Shown here one piece after another: positions 18,695 to 29,996 of a stretch of DNA of 64,000 bases. The stretch covers positions 6,060-70,059 of the forward strand of contig CAYOOT010000003.1 in the NCBI GenBank assembly GCA_964405665.1, given 5' to 3'. Under the pieces are notes generated by a model. The model worked only from the letters and a program-made list of their open reading frames with translations. It was not told the origin of the DNA and searched no databases. Origin of the DNA: an uncultured Bdellovibrionales bacterium. Lineage in GTDB: Bacteria > Bdellovibrionota_C > UBA2361 > SZUA-149 > CAZDWZ01. The translations under genes were made by a program, and so were the position numbers. Positions within the stretch are counted from its first letter, which is position 1; each line of letters begins with the position of its first letter.

Positions 18695-19801
18695 ATGTTA
18701 TATGAATTTTTAATAGCAGAACGAGAGAGTATTCTTGCTCTCTGTGCAAAAAAAAACTTGCGTCTTGCAGATTCTAGAATTTCCAGTGAAGAAATGGAAA
18801 AGGGTTTGCCTATATTTTACAATGAACTTATTGAGGTGTTACGCACAGACGCAAACGAATCTCGGGAAATAAGTAGTAAATTAAATGCTGATGTTCACAT
18901 AGTATCAGCAATAAGAAGGGGTAAGGAATCTTTGAAGCTTGGCTATAGTATCTCTCAGGTTGTGCATGGCTATGGTGCTCTTTGTCAGGCAATTACGCAA
19001 TACTTAGAAGAAAAAAGTAGCATACTACCATCTGCCCGGGAATTTAACAGATTAAATTTGTGTCTTGATATCGCTATTGCTGAAGCAGTGACTGAGTTTG
19101 ATCGAGTGCAGCGAGAAAATGTAGAACGTGAAGAAGTGCAGCGTCTTGGAGTTTTAGCACATGAGTTAAGAAATGCATTGTTTCACGCTACGATAGCTTA
19201 CCAAATGATTAAGACAGGAAAAGTGGGAGCTAGTGGAAACACAGCTCAAATTTTGGAAGATGCTCATCTGCGAATGAAGAATATTATTGATCGCTCTCTT
19301 GCCGAGGTGCGACTGAGAAACGAGCCGACCGTGACACATCAAAAATATCGAGTTATAGAACTGATCAGCGAAGTAGAGGTTACAGCATCTTTTGAAGCTA
19401 GTGCAAAGTCTGTTCACTTGTGTATAGAGACAGAACCTGGATTGGAGATCTTTACTGATCGTCACTTAATAATATCTGCTCTATCGAATTTAGTTCAAAA
19501 TGCAATTAAATTCACTACGCCTGGTGGAATTGTTTGGATCCGTAGCAAAGCAGCAGGAGATCGTGTTTTGATCGAAATTGAAGACCAATGTGGCGGACTT
19601 CCTACAGGTAAGGCAGAAGAATTATTTCAACCATTTTCAGTGAAAGGAGCAAATAGATCCGGATTAGGTCTGGGGCTTACGATCGCACAACGTGCCATTT
19701 TGCTAAACAATGGGACGCTCTCAGTTCGAGACCTCCCAAATCATGGATGTGTATTCTCAATTGATTTACCTTTATCCAGCAGTTTTTCAGAAAAACAATA
19801 A
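18695..19801 (+). CDS. Orphan cytoplasmic sensor histidine kinase
   Basis: H-box LAHELRN, N-box NLVQNAIKF, G1 variant EDQCGG, F-box LFQPF, G2 GLGLGL. Likely start is the ATG at 18695 after AGAGGA. Confidence 0.9.
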   Translation: MLYEFLIAERESILALCAKKNLRLADSRISSEEMEKGLPIFYNELIEVLRTDANESREISSKLNADVHIVSAIRRGKESLKLGYSISQVVHGYGALCQAITQYLEEKSSILPSAREFNRLNLCLDIAIAEAVTEFDRVQRENVEREEVQRLGVLAHELRNALFHATIAYQMIKTGKVGASGNTAQILEDAHLRMKNIIDRSLAEVRLRNEPTVTHQKYRVIELISEVEVTASFEASAKSVHLCIETEPGLEIFTDRHLIISALSNLVQNAIKFTTPGGIVWIRSKAAGDRVLIEIEDQCGGLPTGKAEELFQPFSVKGANRSGLGLGLTIAQRAILLNNGTLSVRDLPNHGCVFSIDLPLSSSFSEKQ

Positions 19802-19833
19802 GCATTACAAATAATATTTTTAGGAAAATCCAT

Positions 19834-20235
19834 TTAAAACAAAGTTGGTGTTTCGCCATAGGTGTAGCCAAGATAAAGAAAAATGCCAGCAATGAAAGTG
19901 TGAAGCCAAATATCATTAAAATTATTAGCTAGTATTCCTAGTATGTAGTTATCTCCGACGATTAAACCCATTAAAGCGATAACGCCATAAAAAATTCCAA
20001 AAAATTTAAAATATTTTCGGCAAGCATTTTCTCCGATCCTCACACAGACCAATGCCCCCAACCCACTAAGAAGGAAGATAAAATTATTTGCAGAATTTAT
20101 ATGGAAGAGTCCAAATAAATAACCCTCAGCTGTAACTCTTGGAAAAAACCCGAGAATTCCAACAACTATAAATCCTAGTCCAAAACTAGTCGAAATTTTA
20201 CTTAAATTCATTTTTAAAAATTTTTGCGTATTCAT
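19834..20235 (-). CDS. Small four-TM membrane protein (DUF4383-like)
   Basis: VGILGF.P, LFGLF.IN..NN, FG.FY...ALMG, N..D.WLH pattern. Confidence 0.75.
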   Translation of the reverse strand: MNTQKFLKMNLSKISTSFGLGFIVVGILGFFPRVTAEGYLFGLFHINSANNFIFLLSGLGALVCVRIGENACRKYFKFFGIFYGVIALMGLIVGDNYILGILANNFNDIWLHTFIAGIFLYLGYTYGETPTLF

Positions 20236-20415
20236 TAGTATTTTTTTTATAAATTCAATATGATCTCCGTCAGATCTGAGGGATTTATAGGTATAACTGA
20301 TTAAAAAAATAAGAAAATATTCTCTATTTCCATTTTTTTCTTAAATTTAGTATAGCCTACTCTCGCTAAATTACTGTTTTTGAGAGGAAATTTTAATTCA
20401 GAAAGAGTTTTTTAT

Positions 20416-20496
20416 GCGGGAATGGTGAAATTGGCAGACACGCTAGACTTAGGATCTAGTGCCTTTGGCATGGGGGTTCGAGTCCCTCTTCCCGCA
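20416..20496 (+). tRNA. tRNA-Leu (TAG); CCA not encoded
   Basis: Acceptor GCGGGAA/TTCCCGC plus A73, anticodon arm CTAGA-CTTAGGA-TCTAG, variable arm, T-loop GTTCGAGTC; lies upstream of tig. Confidence 0.97.
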
Positions 20497-20552
20497 TTTC
20501 ATTTGCTTTTAGCAAATGAAATGACTTGAGCGAACGTAGTGAGTCGAAAGGC
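20495..20552. repeat. Hairpin and short repeat-like element after tRNA-Leu
   Basis: CATTTCATTTGCT-TTT-AGCAAATGAAATG, then GACTTGAGCGAACGTAGTGAGTCGAAAGG. Confidence 0.55.
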
Positions 20553-20594
20553 AAATCCGAGAATATTAAAACATTAAGTAAATAAAAAGTAGGT

Positions 20595-21905
20595 ATGGAT
20601 TTAATTATAGAAGTAGAAAGCACAGGCGAAATTGAACGAAATGTTAAAATCGAAGTTCCTCGTTCTGAATATAAAAAAGAATTTGATAAAGCATTACAAA
20701 GAGCAACGAATGTGGTTCAAGTAAAAGGTTTTCGTAAAGGAAAAGTACCACAGGCGATGCTCTTAAAAATGTATGGGGAATCCATTCATTACGAAGTGCT
20801 AGACGATCTGACAATGAAAGCAATGCAAAAAGCTTTAGAAGAAAAGAAAATGAATGTCGTAGGACGACCTAAAGTTAGCTACGAAGACGAAAAAGATGAA
20901 AGCAAGAATTTAAAGATCAAAGCAGAGGTTCAAATTTTCCCCGAACCAAAAATCTCTGGCTACGAAAAACTTAAATTTTCCGTAGAACAAAGAAAAATTG
21001 ATGATTCTGAATTGGAAAAAACAATAGAAAATCTTAGGGATTATCAAGCTAACTATCAACCCGCAGAAGGAAAAATTGTTGTAGAAAATGGCGATATTGC
21101 GCTGCTTGATGTTCATCTGACAGACAAAGACGCCAAGACTCAACATCTTCATGACAGGAAGGTAGAAGTAGGTAAGGGACTTTGGCCTAAGGAAGTTGAA
21201 GCAGCTTTGTTGGGAATGAAATTGGACCAAGAAAAAGAAGTTGTAGTAAATAATGCCAAAGAAGATGCCGGCAAAGATTCCACGGAAGAATCGAAAACAA
21301 CAACATTTCACCTAAAACTAAAAGCTATAGAAACAAAAAAACTACCTGAACTCACAGATGAGTTTGCTAAAAATTCCGGCATGGCGGAAACCATGGAGGA
21401 GTTGAGAAAAAAACTAAAGGATGATTTGGAAAAAAATTGTTCCAAGGAAAATGAAGAGGCAAAAGAAAAAAAATTGTTGGAAGTTTTAATCGAAAAAAAT
21501 CCTTTTACTCTTCCACAAGATTTAATTGATTTTGAAATTAGAAATCTTCTTTTTCAAATGGGAGTTTTGAGTCCGAAAAATAAGAAATCTTTCGATTTAA
21601 GTATGGAACCTTTTAGAGGTCGCTTGGGTGAACAGGCAGAATATAAAGCAAGAAGTGCCATTATTTTAGATAATATTCTCAAACAAGAAGGATTTAATCC
21701 TTCAAGAGAAGATATCGAGCTTTGGATTAATGATTCTTTTGAGAAATGGGGTTATAAAAACAAGGAAGATTTCGAGAAAGATTTGGATTTTCCAAACGAT
21801 CTCGATAGATTAAAAATTATTATGGGCCGCGATAGCATTTTGAAAAAACTATTGTCACAAGCAAAAATAACTGAGACAGTAAAAACTGCTAAAGAGCAAG
21901 ATTAA
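20595..21905 (+). CDS. tig: Trigger factor
   Basis: GFRKGKVP ribosome-binding motif, FKBP-like middle domain, LPELTDEFAK; tig-clpP-clpX-lon synteny. Confidence 0.95.
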   Translation: MDLIIEVESTGEIERNVKIEVPRSEYKKEFDKALQRATNVVQVKGFRKGKVPQAMLLKMYGESIHYEVLDDLTMKAMQKALEEKKMNVVGRPKVSYEDEKDESKNLKIKAEVQIFPEPKISGYEKLKFSVEQRKIDDSELEKTIENLRDYQANYQPAEGKIVVENGDIALLDVHLTDKDAKTQHLHDRKVEVGKGLWPKEVEAALLGMKLDQEKEVVVNNAKEDAGKDSTEESKTTTFHLKLKAIETKKLPELTDEFAKNSGMAETMEELRKKLKDDLEKNCSKENEEAKEKKLLEVLIEKNPFTLPQDLIDFEIRNLLFQMGVLSPKNKKSFDLSMEPFRGRLGEQAEYKARSAIILDNILKQEGFNPSREDIELWINDSFEKWGYKNKEDFEKDLDFPNDLDRLKIIMGRDSILKKLLSQAKITETVKTAKEQD

Positions 21906-21932
21906 TACCTTTTTTAAAAGGGAGAATGCAAA

Positions 21933-22538
21933 ATGACACAGTATGTTCCATACGTAATTGAACAAACCGGAAGAGGGGAAAGATCTTATGATATTTACTC
22001 TAGGCTTCTAAAAGACAGAATAATATTTCTGGGTTCTCAGGTAAATGATGCTGTAGCAAATGTTATTACTGCACAAATGCTTTTTCTTGAAAGTGACGAT
22101 CCTGAAAAAGACATATTCTTTTACATCAATTCTCCTGGTGGATCGGTTACTGCAGGCATGGCGATTTATGATACAATGCAATATATTTCCCCAGATGTAT
22201 CTACAGTTTGTATCGGCCAAGCTGCCAGTATGGGTGCTTTATTGCTTTGTGCGGGAGCTAAAGGCAAGAGAGTAGCATTGAAACATTCTCGAATTATGAT
22301 CCATCAACCTCTCGGTGGATTTCAAGGTCAAGTATCTGATGTCCAAATTCATGCTGAAGAAATGATTCGCATGAAACAAGAGCTGAATGAAATTATGGCC
22401 GGACATTGTGGACAAACTGTTGAACGATTGCACAAAGATACCGACCGCGATAATTTTATGTCTGCAATTGATGCCAAGGAATATGGCTTGATTGATACTG
22501 TGGTCACCAAACGTCCAATTCCGATAAAACCTTTGTAG
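21933..22538 (+). CDS. clpP: ATP-dependent Clp protease proteolytic subunit
   Basis: [41 protein letters not shown]. Confidence 0.98.
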   Translation: MTQYVPYVIEQTGRGERSYDIYSRLLKDRIIFLGSQVNDAVANVITAQMLFLESDDPEKDIFFYINSPGGSVTAGMAIYDTMQYISPDVSTVCIGQAASMGALLLCAGAKGKRVALKHSRIMIHQPLGGFQGQVSDVQIHAEEMIRMKQELNEIMAGHCGQTVERLHKDTDRDNFMSAIDAKEYGLIDTVVTKRPIPIKPL

Positions 22539-22733
22539 AAGTTACGAAAAGCCTACAAATTATCGCTGTAAACTAGTGCTTTGTATCTAGCTTATTCTTT
22601 GTAATTATTGATTTTTTAGTAAAACTTGTTTCATTTAACTTGAATAATTATAATTTACTTTACAAGCGTCAGATTTTTAGTGAGAGTGCATAACAAAGTT
22701 ATATAAATTGTTTCATATGTTGAGGGTATAACT

Positions 22734-23984
22734 GTGGCAAAAAGTATTGAAAGAAGTGGGACTGGTTTATCTTGTAGTTTCTGCGGAACTTCACAAGAAG
22801 AAGTAAGAAAGCTGATAGCGGGACCGGGCGTTTATATCTGTGATCAATGTATTGACCTGTGTAACGATATTATTATTGATGAAGCTGAAAATCCTAATGC
22901 CAATAGCAAATTTAATCAGTTACCAAAGCCTCGAGAAATAAAAGCATTTCTTGATGAATTCGTAATCGGTCAAGAAAGAGCAAAAAAAGTATTATCTGTT
23001 GCAGTTTATAATCATTATAAACGTATTGAAGAAAAGTCCAACAAGAAAGCAGAAGTTGAAATTTCAAAATCCAATATACTTTTAATCGGACCAACAGGTT
23101 CTGGAAAAACATTATTAGCAAGAACTTTGGCCCGAATGCTGGATGTGCCTTTTACAATGGCTGACGCAACAAATCTGACTGAAGCAGGCTATGTTGGTGA
23201 AGACGTTGAAAATATTATTCTTAATCTAGTGCAAGCTGCAGACTACGATATTGAAAAAGCTCAAAGAGGTATTGTCTATATTGATGAGATAGATAAGATT
23301 TCTAAAAAATCTGAAAACCCATCAATTACCAGAGACGTTTCCGGAGAAGGTGTGCAACAAGCATTATTAAAAATCCTTGAAGGAACTAAAGCTAGTATTC
23401 CTCCCAAAGGTGGAAGAAAACATCCTCAACAAGACTATCTGCAAATAGATACTACCAATATTTTGTTTATCTGCGGAGGGGCCTTTATGGGCCTTGATGA
23501 TATTATCAAAAGAAGAACTAGGGGAAATTCTCTAGGATTTTCTGCTGATGTGCAAACTAAAATAAAAAGCTCAAAAATAGTTGCCGAAGTTCAACCTGAG
23601 GATCTATTGAAATTTGGTTTAATCCCGGAATTTATCGGCAGACTTCCTGTGATTGCCTCCTTACAAGAACTTAATGAGCAAACTTTGGTACAAATACTTA
23701 CTGAACCAAAAAATGCATTGGCCAGACAATATCAAAGATTATTTGATATGGAAAATGTTAAGCTTAGGTTTACTGATGACTCAATAAAAGCAATTGCCAA
23801 AAAAGCATTACAACGAAAACTTGGTGCAAGAGGTTTACGTTCAATTCTGGAAGAAGTGATGTTGGAGCTAATGTACGATGTTCCTTCTCAGTCTGATATT
23901 AAAGAAATTGTTGTTTCAGAAGATACCATTAACAGAGGTGAGCAACCGTTGTTGGTATATGAACATAAAGCTGAAAGCGCTTAG
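22734..23984 (+). CDS. clpX: ATP-dependent Clp protease ATP-binding subunit
   Basis: CSFC...ICDQC zinc finger, [30 protein letters not shown] loop. Confidence 0.98.
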   Translation: MAKSIERSGTGLSCSFCGTSQEEVRKLIAGPGVYICDQCIDLCNDIIIDEAENPNANSKFNQLPKPREIKAFLDEFVIGQERAKKVLSVAVYNHYKRIEEKSNKKAEVEISKSNILLIGPTGSGKTLLARTLARMLDVPFTMADATNLTEAGYVGEDVENIILNLVQAADYDIEKAQRGIVYIDEIDKISKKSENPSITRDVSGEGVQQALLKILEGTKASIPPKGGRKHPQQDYLQIDTTNILFICGGAFMGLDDIIKRRTRGNSLGFSADVQTKIKSSKIVAEVQPEDLLKFGLIPEFIGRLPVIASLQELNEQTLVQILTEPKNALARQYQRLFDMENVKLRFTDDSIKAIAKKALQRKLGARGLRSILEEVMLELMYDVPSQSDIKEIVVSEDTINRGEQPLLVYEHKAESA

Positions 23985-24014
23985 AATAGAACGTAATTTA
24001 AAGCATAAAACGTC

Positions 24015-24035
24015 GGAGCGCGGACTTTAGTCCGC
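24015..24035 (+). repeat. GGAG-family REP-like palindrome
   Basis: GGAGCGCGGACTTTAGTCCGC is identical to the left arm at 39487; a possible decayed partner lies at ~24075-24093. Confidence 0.8.
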
Positions 24036-24314
24036 TTATATCCAAATATTTTAGTATAGCTGAATAGAAATGTTTAGCATTAGTCTGAGCTCCGTACGTT
24101 TCGTAGGACACACGAAAATTTTAAAACACGCTCCACATTCCCCAGGAAAACCATTGGGTATTTGTATTTCACCTTTTTAGTTCTTATATCAACTAAAGAA
24201 TATTAATGACTTTGTCGTCTGAAGTTGCATCTAAATTATTGATTGCTACAAGCCAATTATTGCTGTAGCAATATTAATAATGAATATAAACATTTAAATG
24301 GTGTTTTCTGATTT

Positions 24315-26762
24315 ATGAGTGAGCAAAAATATAACCCAGTTCCGCTATTAGCACTAAGAGATATTATTATTTTCCCGCAAATGGTGGTTCCTCTGTTTGT
24401 CGGTAGAGAAAAAAGCGTTCGCGCGTTAGAAGAAGCAGAAAGGTTAAAAAAACCAATTATGCTTGCTGCTCAAAAAGACGCCAAAACTCATCATCCCGGA
24501 CCGGGAGATATTTTTGAAATCGGCACTCTAGGAGACATCATGCAAATGATGAAACTTGCTGATGGCACAGTAAAAGTTTTAGTTGAAGGCAAAAAAAGAG
24601 CAAAAATTGATCGCTATTTAGAAACCGATGATTACTTCTTGGTAGATGTCTCCGAACTTCCAGAAATTGCCGAAATCACACCGGAAGTTAAAGGCTTAAT
24701 GCGCTCTGTAACTTCATCTTTTGAAACGTATGTAAAACTTGGAAAAAAGATTACTCCAGAAATGATTCATCAGATCAATGCAATCGAAGATCCTTTTCGT
24801 TTAGCTGATGCTGTGATTGTGCATTTAAATATTAAGCTTGAAGAAAAGCAAGAAATTTTGGAAACAAACGATGCTGGCCAAAGATTAGAAAAAATCTATA
24901 GCCACATGAAATCGGAAATTGAAATTCTTCAAGTAGAAAAAAGAATTCGTACTCGTGTTAAGAAACAGATGGAAAAAACTCAGAAGGAATATTACCTTAA
25001 CGAGCAAATGCGAGCGATTCAAAAAGAACTGGGAGAAAAAGACGATTTCCGCAATGAGATCCAAGAGCTTGATGATAAGTTAAAAGCCAAAGACATGCCC
25101 GAAGAAGCGCGAGATAAGACAGAAAAAGAAATCCGTAAACTTAAAATGATGTCCCCAATGTCAGCGGAAGCAACCGTAGTTAGAAATTACGTCGATTGGA
25201 TGTTAAGTTTACCTTGGAACGAATACTCCGATGATAAAATTGATATCAATGAGGCGGAAAAAGTTTTAGATGAAGATCACTTTGGTTTATTTAAAGTAAA
25301 AGAAAGAATTCTAGAGCATCTTGCAGTGCATCAACTTGTGGGGAAAATTCGTGGACCGATTCTTTGTTTGGTTGGACCTCCGGGAGTTGGTAAAACTTCT
25401 TTAGGAAAATCCATTGCTAAAGCTACAGGAAGAGAGTTTGTTCGAGTCGCTCTTGGTGGCGTTAGAGATGAGGCAGAAATCAGAGGACATCGCAGAACTT
25501 ATATCGGTGCGCTTCCTGGGAAATTAATTCAGTCTCTAAAAAAAGCTGGGAAAAGTAATCCTGTGTTTTTATTGGATGAAATTGATAAAATGTCACAAGA
25601 TTTTAGAGGAGATCCTTCTTCTGCTTTCTTGGAAGTTTTGGATCCGGAACAGAATAACACTTTTAATGATCATTACATTGACGTTGATTATGATCTGTCC
25701 AAAGTAATGTTTATTACTACTGCCAACTACGAACAAAACATTCCCCGTCCGTTATGGGACAGAATGGAAGTAATCAGAATTGCTGGTTACACCGAGTTGG
25801 AAAAAATGGAAATTGCTAAAAAATATTTAATTCCAAAATCCTGTGAAAAAAACGGATTGAAACCAGAAAACATCAGTATCGGTCATGATGCATTAAAGAG
25901 CATCGTTAGAAACTATACTAGAGAATCTGGAGTAAGAAGCCTGGAAAGAACTATTGATATGATCTGCCGAAAGGTTGCCGTAGAAATAGTTAAGAAAGGA
26001 AAAGACGCTACGCAGAAAATTAGTGATAGCAATATCGAGCGTTATTTAGGTGTTAAAATATTTAAATACGGAACACAAGAAAATGAAAATCAAGTTGGGA
26101 CTACTACCGGCTTAGCTTGGACCGAAGTTGGTGGTGAATTGCTAGTAATTGAAGTAGCAATTGTTACCGGCGGTGGAAAACTAATTATCACAGGTAAACT
26201 GGGAGAAGTAATGCAAGAATCAGCTCAAGCAGCGATGATGTATGTGCGCTCGCGGGCCAGTATCTTTGGATTACCAAAAGATTTTTATAACAAAATTGAC
26301 ATCCATATCCATGTTCCAGAAGGAGCTATTCCTAAAGACGGACCTTCTGCTGGGATTACCATGGTTACAGCAATCACTTCTGCCTTAACCGGTATTCCGG
26401 TAGATAAGAATGTTGCCATGACCGGTGAAGTAACCCTACGTGGTAGAGTGTTGCCTATTGGTGGATTAAAAGAAAAAATCCTAGCTGCCCATCGCGGCGG
26501 AATAACCAGAATTATTATTCCTAAAGAAAACGAAAAAGATATTGAAGAAATACCAGCTTCAGTTAGAAAGGGAATTGAAATAGTAACAGTGGAACATGTT
26601 GATCAGGTATTAAGAGAAGCTCTGGTAATTGAAGGGCATGTTGATTATCTGGCAAAAATTGATGAAGCAGCAACCCGCAACGAAGATCTTTATACAAGGC
26701 CTGATTTGACTAAAAAGCCTAAGGAAGAAGATGTTTCTGCAGGGACTGTAGTTGCGCATTAG
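24315..26762 (+). CDS. lon: Lon protease
   Basis: LON N-domain, [39 protein letters not shown]. Confidence 0.98.
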   Translation: MSEQKYNPVPLLALRDIIIFPQMVVPLFVGREKSVRALEEAERLKKPIMLAAQKDAKTHHPGPGDIFEIGTLGDIMQMMKLADGTVKVLVEGKKRAKIDRYLETDDYFLVDVSELPEIAEITPEVKGLMRSVTSSFETYVKLGKKITPEMIHQINAIEDPFRLADAVIVHLNIKLEEKQEILETNDAGQRLEKIYSHMKSEIEILQVEKRIRTRVKKQMEKTQKEYYLNEQMRAIQKELGEKDDFRNEIQELDDKLKAKDMPEEARDKTEKEIRKLKMMSPMSAEATVVRNYVDWMLSLPWNEYSDDKIDINEAEKVLDEDHFGLFKVKERILEHLAVHQLVGKIRGPILCLVGPPGVGKTSLGKSIAKATGREFVRVALGGVRDEAEIRGHRRTYIGALPGKLIQSLKKAGKSNPVFLLDEIDKMSQDFRGDPSSAFLEVLDPEQNNTFNDHYIDVDYDLSKVMFITTANYEQNIPRPLWDRMEVIRIAGYTELEKMEIAKKYLIPKSCEKNGLKPENISIGHDALKSIVRNYTRESGVRSLERTIDMICRKVAVEIVKKGKDATQKISDSNIERYLGVKIFKYGTQENENQVGTTTGLAWTEVGGELLVIEVAIVTGGGKLIITGKLGEVMQESAQAAMMYVRSRASIFGLPKDFYNKIDIHIHVPEGAIPKDGPSAGITMVTAITSALTGIPVDKNVAMTGEVTLRGRVLPIGGLKEKILAAHRGGITRIIIPKENEKDIEEIPASVRKGIEIVTVEHVDQVLREALVIEGHVDYLAKIDEAATRNEDLYTRPDLTKKPKEEDVSAGTVVAH

Positions 26763-26778
26763 GAAGTGATGATTTTTT

Positions 26779-26922
26779 CTGGAGCGCGGACGTCCTCGTC
26801 CGCAGCCTGGAATACATTTCAGACAGAAGTCTCAAAGCTAATCGAAAAGTAAATTATTTTTTTCCATGAGGATTCTTACTTTGCTTTATTCCAGGTTGCG
26901 GACGAGGACGTCCGAGCTCCAG
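26779..26922. repeat. GGAG-family REP doublet with a long spacer
   Basis: CTGGAGCGCGGACGTCCTCGTCCGCAGCCTGGAATA...TATTCCAGGTTGCGGACGAGGACGTCCGAGCTCCAG, between convergent lon and HD genes. Confidence 0.85.
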
Positions 26923-26932
26923 GATCTAAAAT

Positions 26933-28222
26933 TTATCTTTCCAATCCCAAATAACTCTTAATCTCAGCCGGAACGGTAACCCATTCCCGTTTTTGGGTGG
27001 AAGCAGCTTGTAATTGACCAATTAAAGGCTCAATTTCACTTACTGGAACAATTTTTCCCGAATCAAGCATAATCGAAGGCGTTTGCTCTATTTTGCCACG
27101 GTGTGTGTCTGCATCTCGAACTAAAGCCACATAATATTTAGGATCAAAACCCAGTTTTATCGCTGCCTCCTGAGCTTTGTTGAGAATGGAATTATCGTCT
27201 CTAATTCTAATTGTTTTAAATAACACTCTATCTCTTAATCTTCTGGATAAGTCTGATAAAATTAGATCCTCCGAATGACACCATTTATTTAAGTGATACT
27301 GCCACCAGCTTTCTGTCATATTAAAAATTTCTTCTAGTGATAATTCATTAAAATAATCTTTGGAAGAGAGCACTGCAAGCATTGTTTCATCACAAAAAAT
27401 TTTTAAGTTATTAAAATCAGAATTTGTGGCCAGCAAATCTCTAAGGCGAATAATAATATTCTGATTGAGGATATCGACAGCTTGAATCACACGATGCTGA
27501 TAAATTTGGCGATACATGGAATCACGGGCAACAAAAAAGTGGGTGAGGGCATCCAATCTGCTTTCATGAAGGACTAAATCTCCAGTGCTACTTAAGCGAT
27601 AAGAATCAATTAAAGCGTTGACATTATACCGGCCGTAAGTAACGGCACACATCGTGCTATCGACAATTGCCCAATTTCCTCTGTCAGCATTCCAACCACC
27701 TCCGGAAATTATTGCCGAAGTCCAGGGTGGAAGATTTACATCTTCTTGGAGGACTTTTACTACAAGCTGGGGAAGCTGTGGATCGTATTTGGTTAAAATT
27801 GCATTCAGTTCATTATCATTTAAAATTATCCGCGCACTAATATCTTCGTGACTTCCGGACTTATTTTGCCTCCAAATTCTTTCAGCCATATGCGAACCAG
27901 GTGCAACATGACCGATGTCATGAAGTACTGCTGCCGCCGCAACTGCCTGCTGATATTTCTCAATTTGTTCTGGATAAAAGCGTTTTAAATGTGTCATCAA
28001 GCTGATCGCCAGATAAGCAACTCCCAAACTATGACCAAAGCGGCTATGTTCGGCAAACATATAAACTAATTTGGTATTACCGGTTTGGCTAATATTTCTT
28101 AAGCGCTGCAGCCATTTGGTGTTAATCAACTCCAGCACTAATTTTTCCACTGGATCAGATTCATTAAAAATTAAAGTTCCATGGGCAACATCAGCAAAAC
28201 TAACACTGGAAATTCTTTTCAT
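26933..28222 (-). CDS. HD-domain phosphohydrolase (YwfO/SAMHD1-like dNTPase family)
   Basis: D..HG, QRLR.I.Q.G, EHSRFGHSLG, LHDIGH, HE, ADR, AR..MY.QIY.H. Confidence 0.9.
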   Translation of the reverse strand: MKRISSVSFADVAHGTLIFNESDPVEKLVLELINTKWLQRLRNISQTGNTKLVYMFAEHSRFGHSLGVAYLAISLMTHLKRFYPEQIEKYQQAVAAAAVLHDIGHVAPGSHMAERIWRQNKSGSHEDISARIILNDNELNAILTKYDPQLPQLVVKVLQEDVNLPPWTSAIISGGGWNADRGNWAIVDSTMCAVTYGRYNVNALIDSYRLSSTGDLVLHESRLDALTHFFVARDSMYRQIYQHRVIQAVDILNQNIIIRLRDLLATNSDFNNLKIFCDETMLAVLSSKDYFNELSLEEIFNMTESWWQYHLNKWCHSEDLILSDLSRRLRDRVLFKTIRIRDDNSILNKAQEAAIKLGFDPKYYVALVRDADTHRGKIEQTPSIMLDSGKIVPVSEIEPLIGQLQAASTQKREWVTVPAEIKSYLGLER

Positions 28223-28229
28223 AGCATTC

Positions 28230-29333
28230 CTAGATATTCAAGGGATAACGCTTGACGATCTTTAAGTTAAAAGCATCAAGTCCCAAATAATCTTTGGCCG
28301 AACTGCTGATTAGTTCGATTAATTTCACACCAAGAGCAGAAAGTATTTGTGAACCTACGCCATTTTCTCGAAGAGCAATATCTAAACTTTGGGTTTTGGT
28401 TTTATTTTTAATTTTTTTTATTTGCTGAGCCAAATAATCACTTTTGCTTTGTCTGATATAAAGAAAAATTCCTTTTCCTCTTTTATCGATTTGTTCCAGG
28501 GCCTTCGTAATTTTATTATTCAGTGTAATATCGTTTAAAGAAAACAGATCATCAAACTTATTCTCAGCATGCACTCTTACTAAGATTGCTTCAGCTGATT
28601 GTGGATCAATTTCTCCTTTAACTAAAGCCAGATGTTCATTGCCATCAACTTGAGATTTAAAACAAAAAGCCTTAAACGAACCTGCAGATTTTGTCGGCAA
28701 GTTGGCTTCAGCAATTTTTTCCACAATAGTTTCGGTGCTTAATCGATACTTGATAATATCTAGCATACTGATGCTAGATATATTTAGCTTTTCAACAAGT
28801 TTTTTTAATTCTTTTTCTGATTGAAACTCTCCTTTTTGATTTAAGCAGTGAGAATAAGCAGCAACTTGAGGAAGGCCGGCTAAAGTCATTAAATCAGAAG
28901 TAGCTTCAGCAACATCAGTAAAAATTAGTACTCCGCCTTTTCTGGCATGGACAGGAAAAATATGTCCGGGAGTAACTAAATCCAACTTGGGATCCTTGGT
29001 GCAAGCCAGCACATTTAAGGTAATAGCTCGGTCAGCCGCACTAATTCCGGTACTCACTCCTTTTCTTGCTTCAACACTGACAGTAAAATTACTTTCGGCA
29101 ATCCCTTTTTCCTTAATCATGGGTTGTAGTCCCAGTTCTTTAATTCTGGAATCTGAGACAGAGGCACAAATTACACCTTTTGCTTCATTTACTAAATCAC
29201 AAATAATATTTTCAGTAATTTTATAAGCTGAAGTAAAAAGATATCCTTTGACCACTGGACCTAAATTGTCCTTTAAGAGGACAAGCTTATTTTTCTTTAA
29301 TTCCTTGATTACTTGGGTAATATGACTCTCCAT
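28230..29333 (-). CDS. RibBA-like protein (DHBP synthase + GTP cyclohydrolase II folds) with degenerate active sites
   Basis: Retains FTVSVEA..GVSTGISAADRA, PGHIFP, EHLALVKG, LVRVH and G.QIL..LGV; catalytic motifs are replaced (see findings). Confidence 0.85.
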   Translation of the reverse strand: MESHITQVIKELKKNKLVLLKDNLGPVVKGYLFTSAYKITENIICDLVNEAKGVICASVSDSRIKELGLQPMIKEKGIAESNFTVSVEARKGVSTGISAADRAITLNVLACTKDPKLDLVTPGHIFPVHARKGGVLIFTDVAEATSDLMTLAGLPQVAAYSHCLNQKGEFQSEKELKKLVEKLNISSISMLDIIKYRLSTETIVEKIAEANLPTKSAGSFKAFCFKSQVDGNEHLALVKGEIDPQSAEAILVRVHAENKFDDLFSLNDITLNNKITKALEQIDKRGKGIFLYIRQSKSDYLAQQIKKIKNKTKTQSLDIALRENGVGSQILSALGVKLIELISSSAKDYLGLDAFNLKIVKRYPLNI

Positions 29334-29348
29334 TAGGAGAGTATATCT

Positions 29349-29849
29349 TTATTTAAACAAATGAATCAAGCGACCGATCAGGCTCTTATTTTCTGTATTT
29401 TTAAGGATTTGCTCTTCTATCGAATTGATTACAAAAGCTGTTTGTTTATTTTCCTGTGTCGCTAAAAAACCTTTATTCGGTTTTTGAACTTTTTCCCCAG
29501 TGCAATTTAATTTTTGTTCCGCATCAGGAGCTTGGCGATTGATTAATCTCCAAAAAGCATATCTTCCGCAAGCAGATACAAAGGAACAATTAATGAAAAA
29601 AAGATTATTCTCCAATGAGCAATAAGCTTTTATTTCATAATCTTTTTCCAGATCAAGAATAAAATGTGTGTTGAGAATTTTTTGCCATTCCTTTTTTGCG
29701 CGATAAGCAGAAATTTGATCACCAAATTTTCCGATTAGGGTTATTCCTTCAGCGTCATAAATTAAACCGTTTTTTGCTTTTTTGATATCGACATTAGTAA
29801 AACTAAATTCAGTAGGAATGCTGCTTTGTGAATTTAATGACATATGCAA
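29349..29849 (-). CDS. Hypothetical protein (about 165 aa)
   Basis: Intact ORF heading a three-gene minus-strand unit; no recognised family. Confidence 0.6.
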   Translation of the reverse strand: MHMSLNSQSSIPTEFSFTNVDIKKAKNGLIYDAEGITLIGKFGDQISAYRAKKEWQKILNTHFILDLEKDYEIKAYCSLENNLFFINCSFVSACGRYAFWRLINRQAPDAEQKLNCTGEKVQKPNKGFLATQENKQTAFVINSIEEQILKNTENKSLIGRLIHLFK

Positions 29850-29907
29850 TAAAACCTTATAAAAAACTTTTTATCTCAACCCCTTGAGGGATCCGGGCTT
29901 ACTTCAA

Positions 29908-29935
29908 TTATCGTCTGATATTTAGAGTGTCTTTA
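29908..29935 (-). promoter_or_regulatory. Putative sigma28 promoter
   Basis: Minus strand reads TAAAG-N15-GACGATAA, ~60 nt upstream of the 29849 ORF. Confidence 0.5.
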
Positions 29936-29996
29936 ATTATATTTTGGTATATAATATTACTAGAATACTTATTTTATTTTTAAAGATTTTTTGTTT

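Noticed and set aside
22680-22695. CIRCE-like half site GAGTGCATAA upstream of clpX
   Set aside because: There is no matching TTAGCACTC half site at 9-nt spacing.
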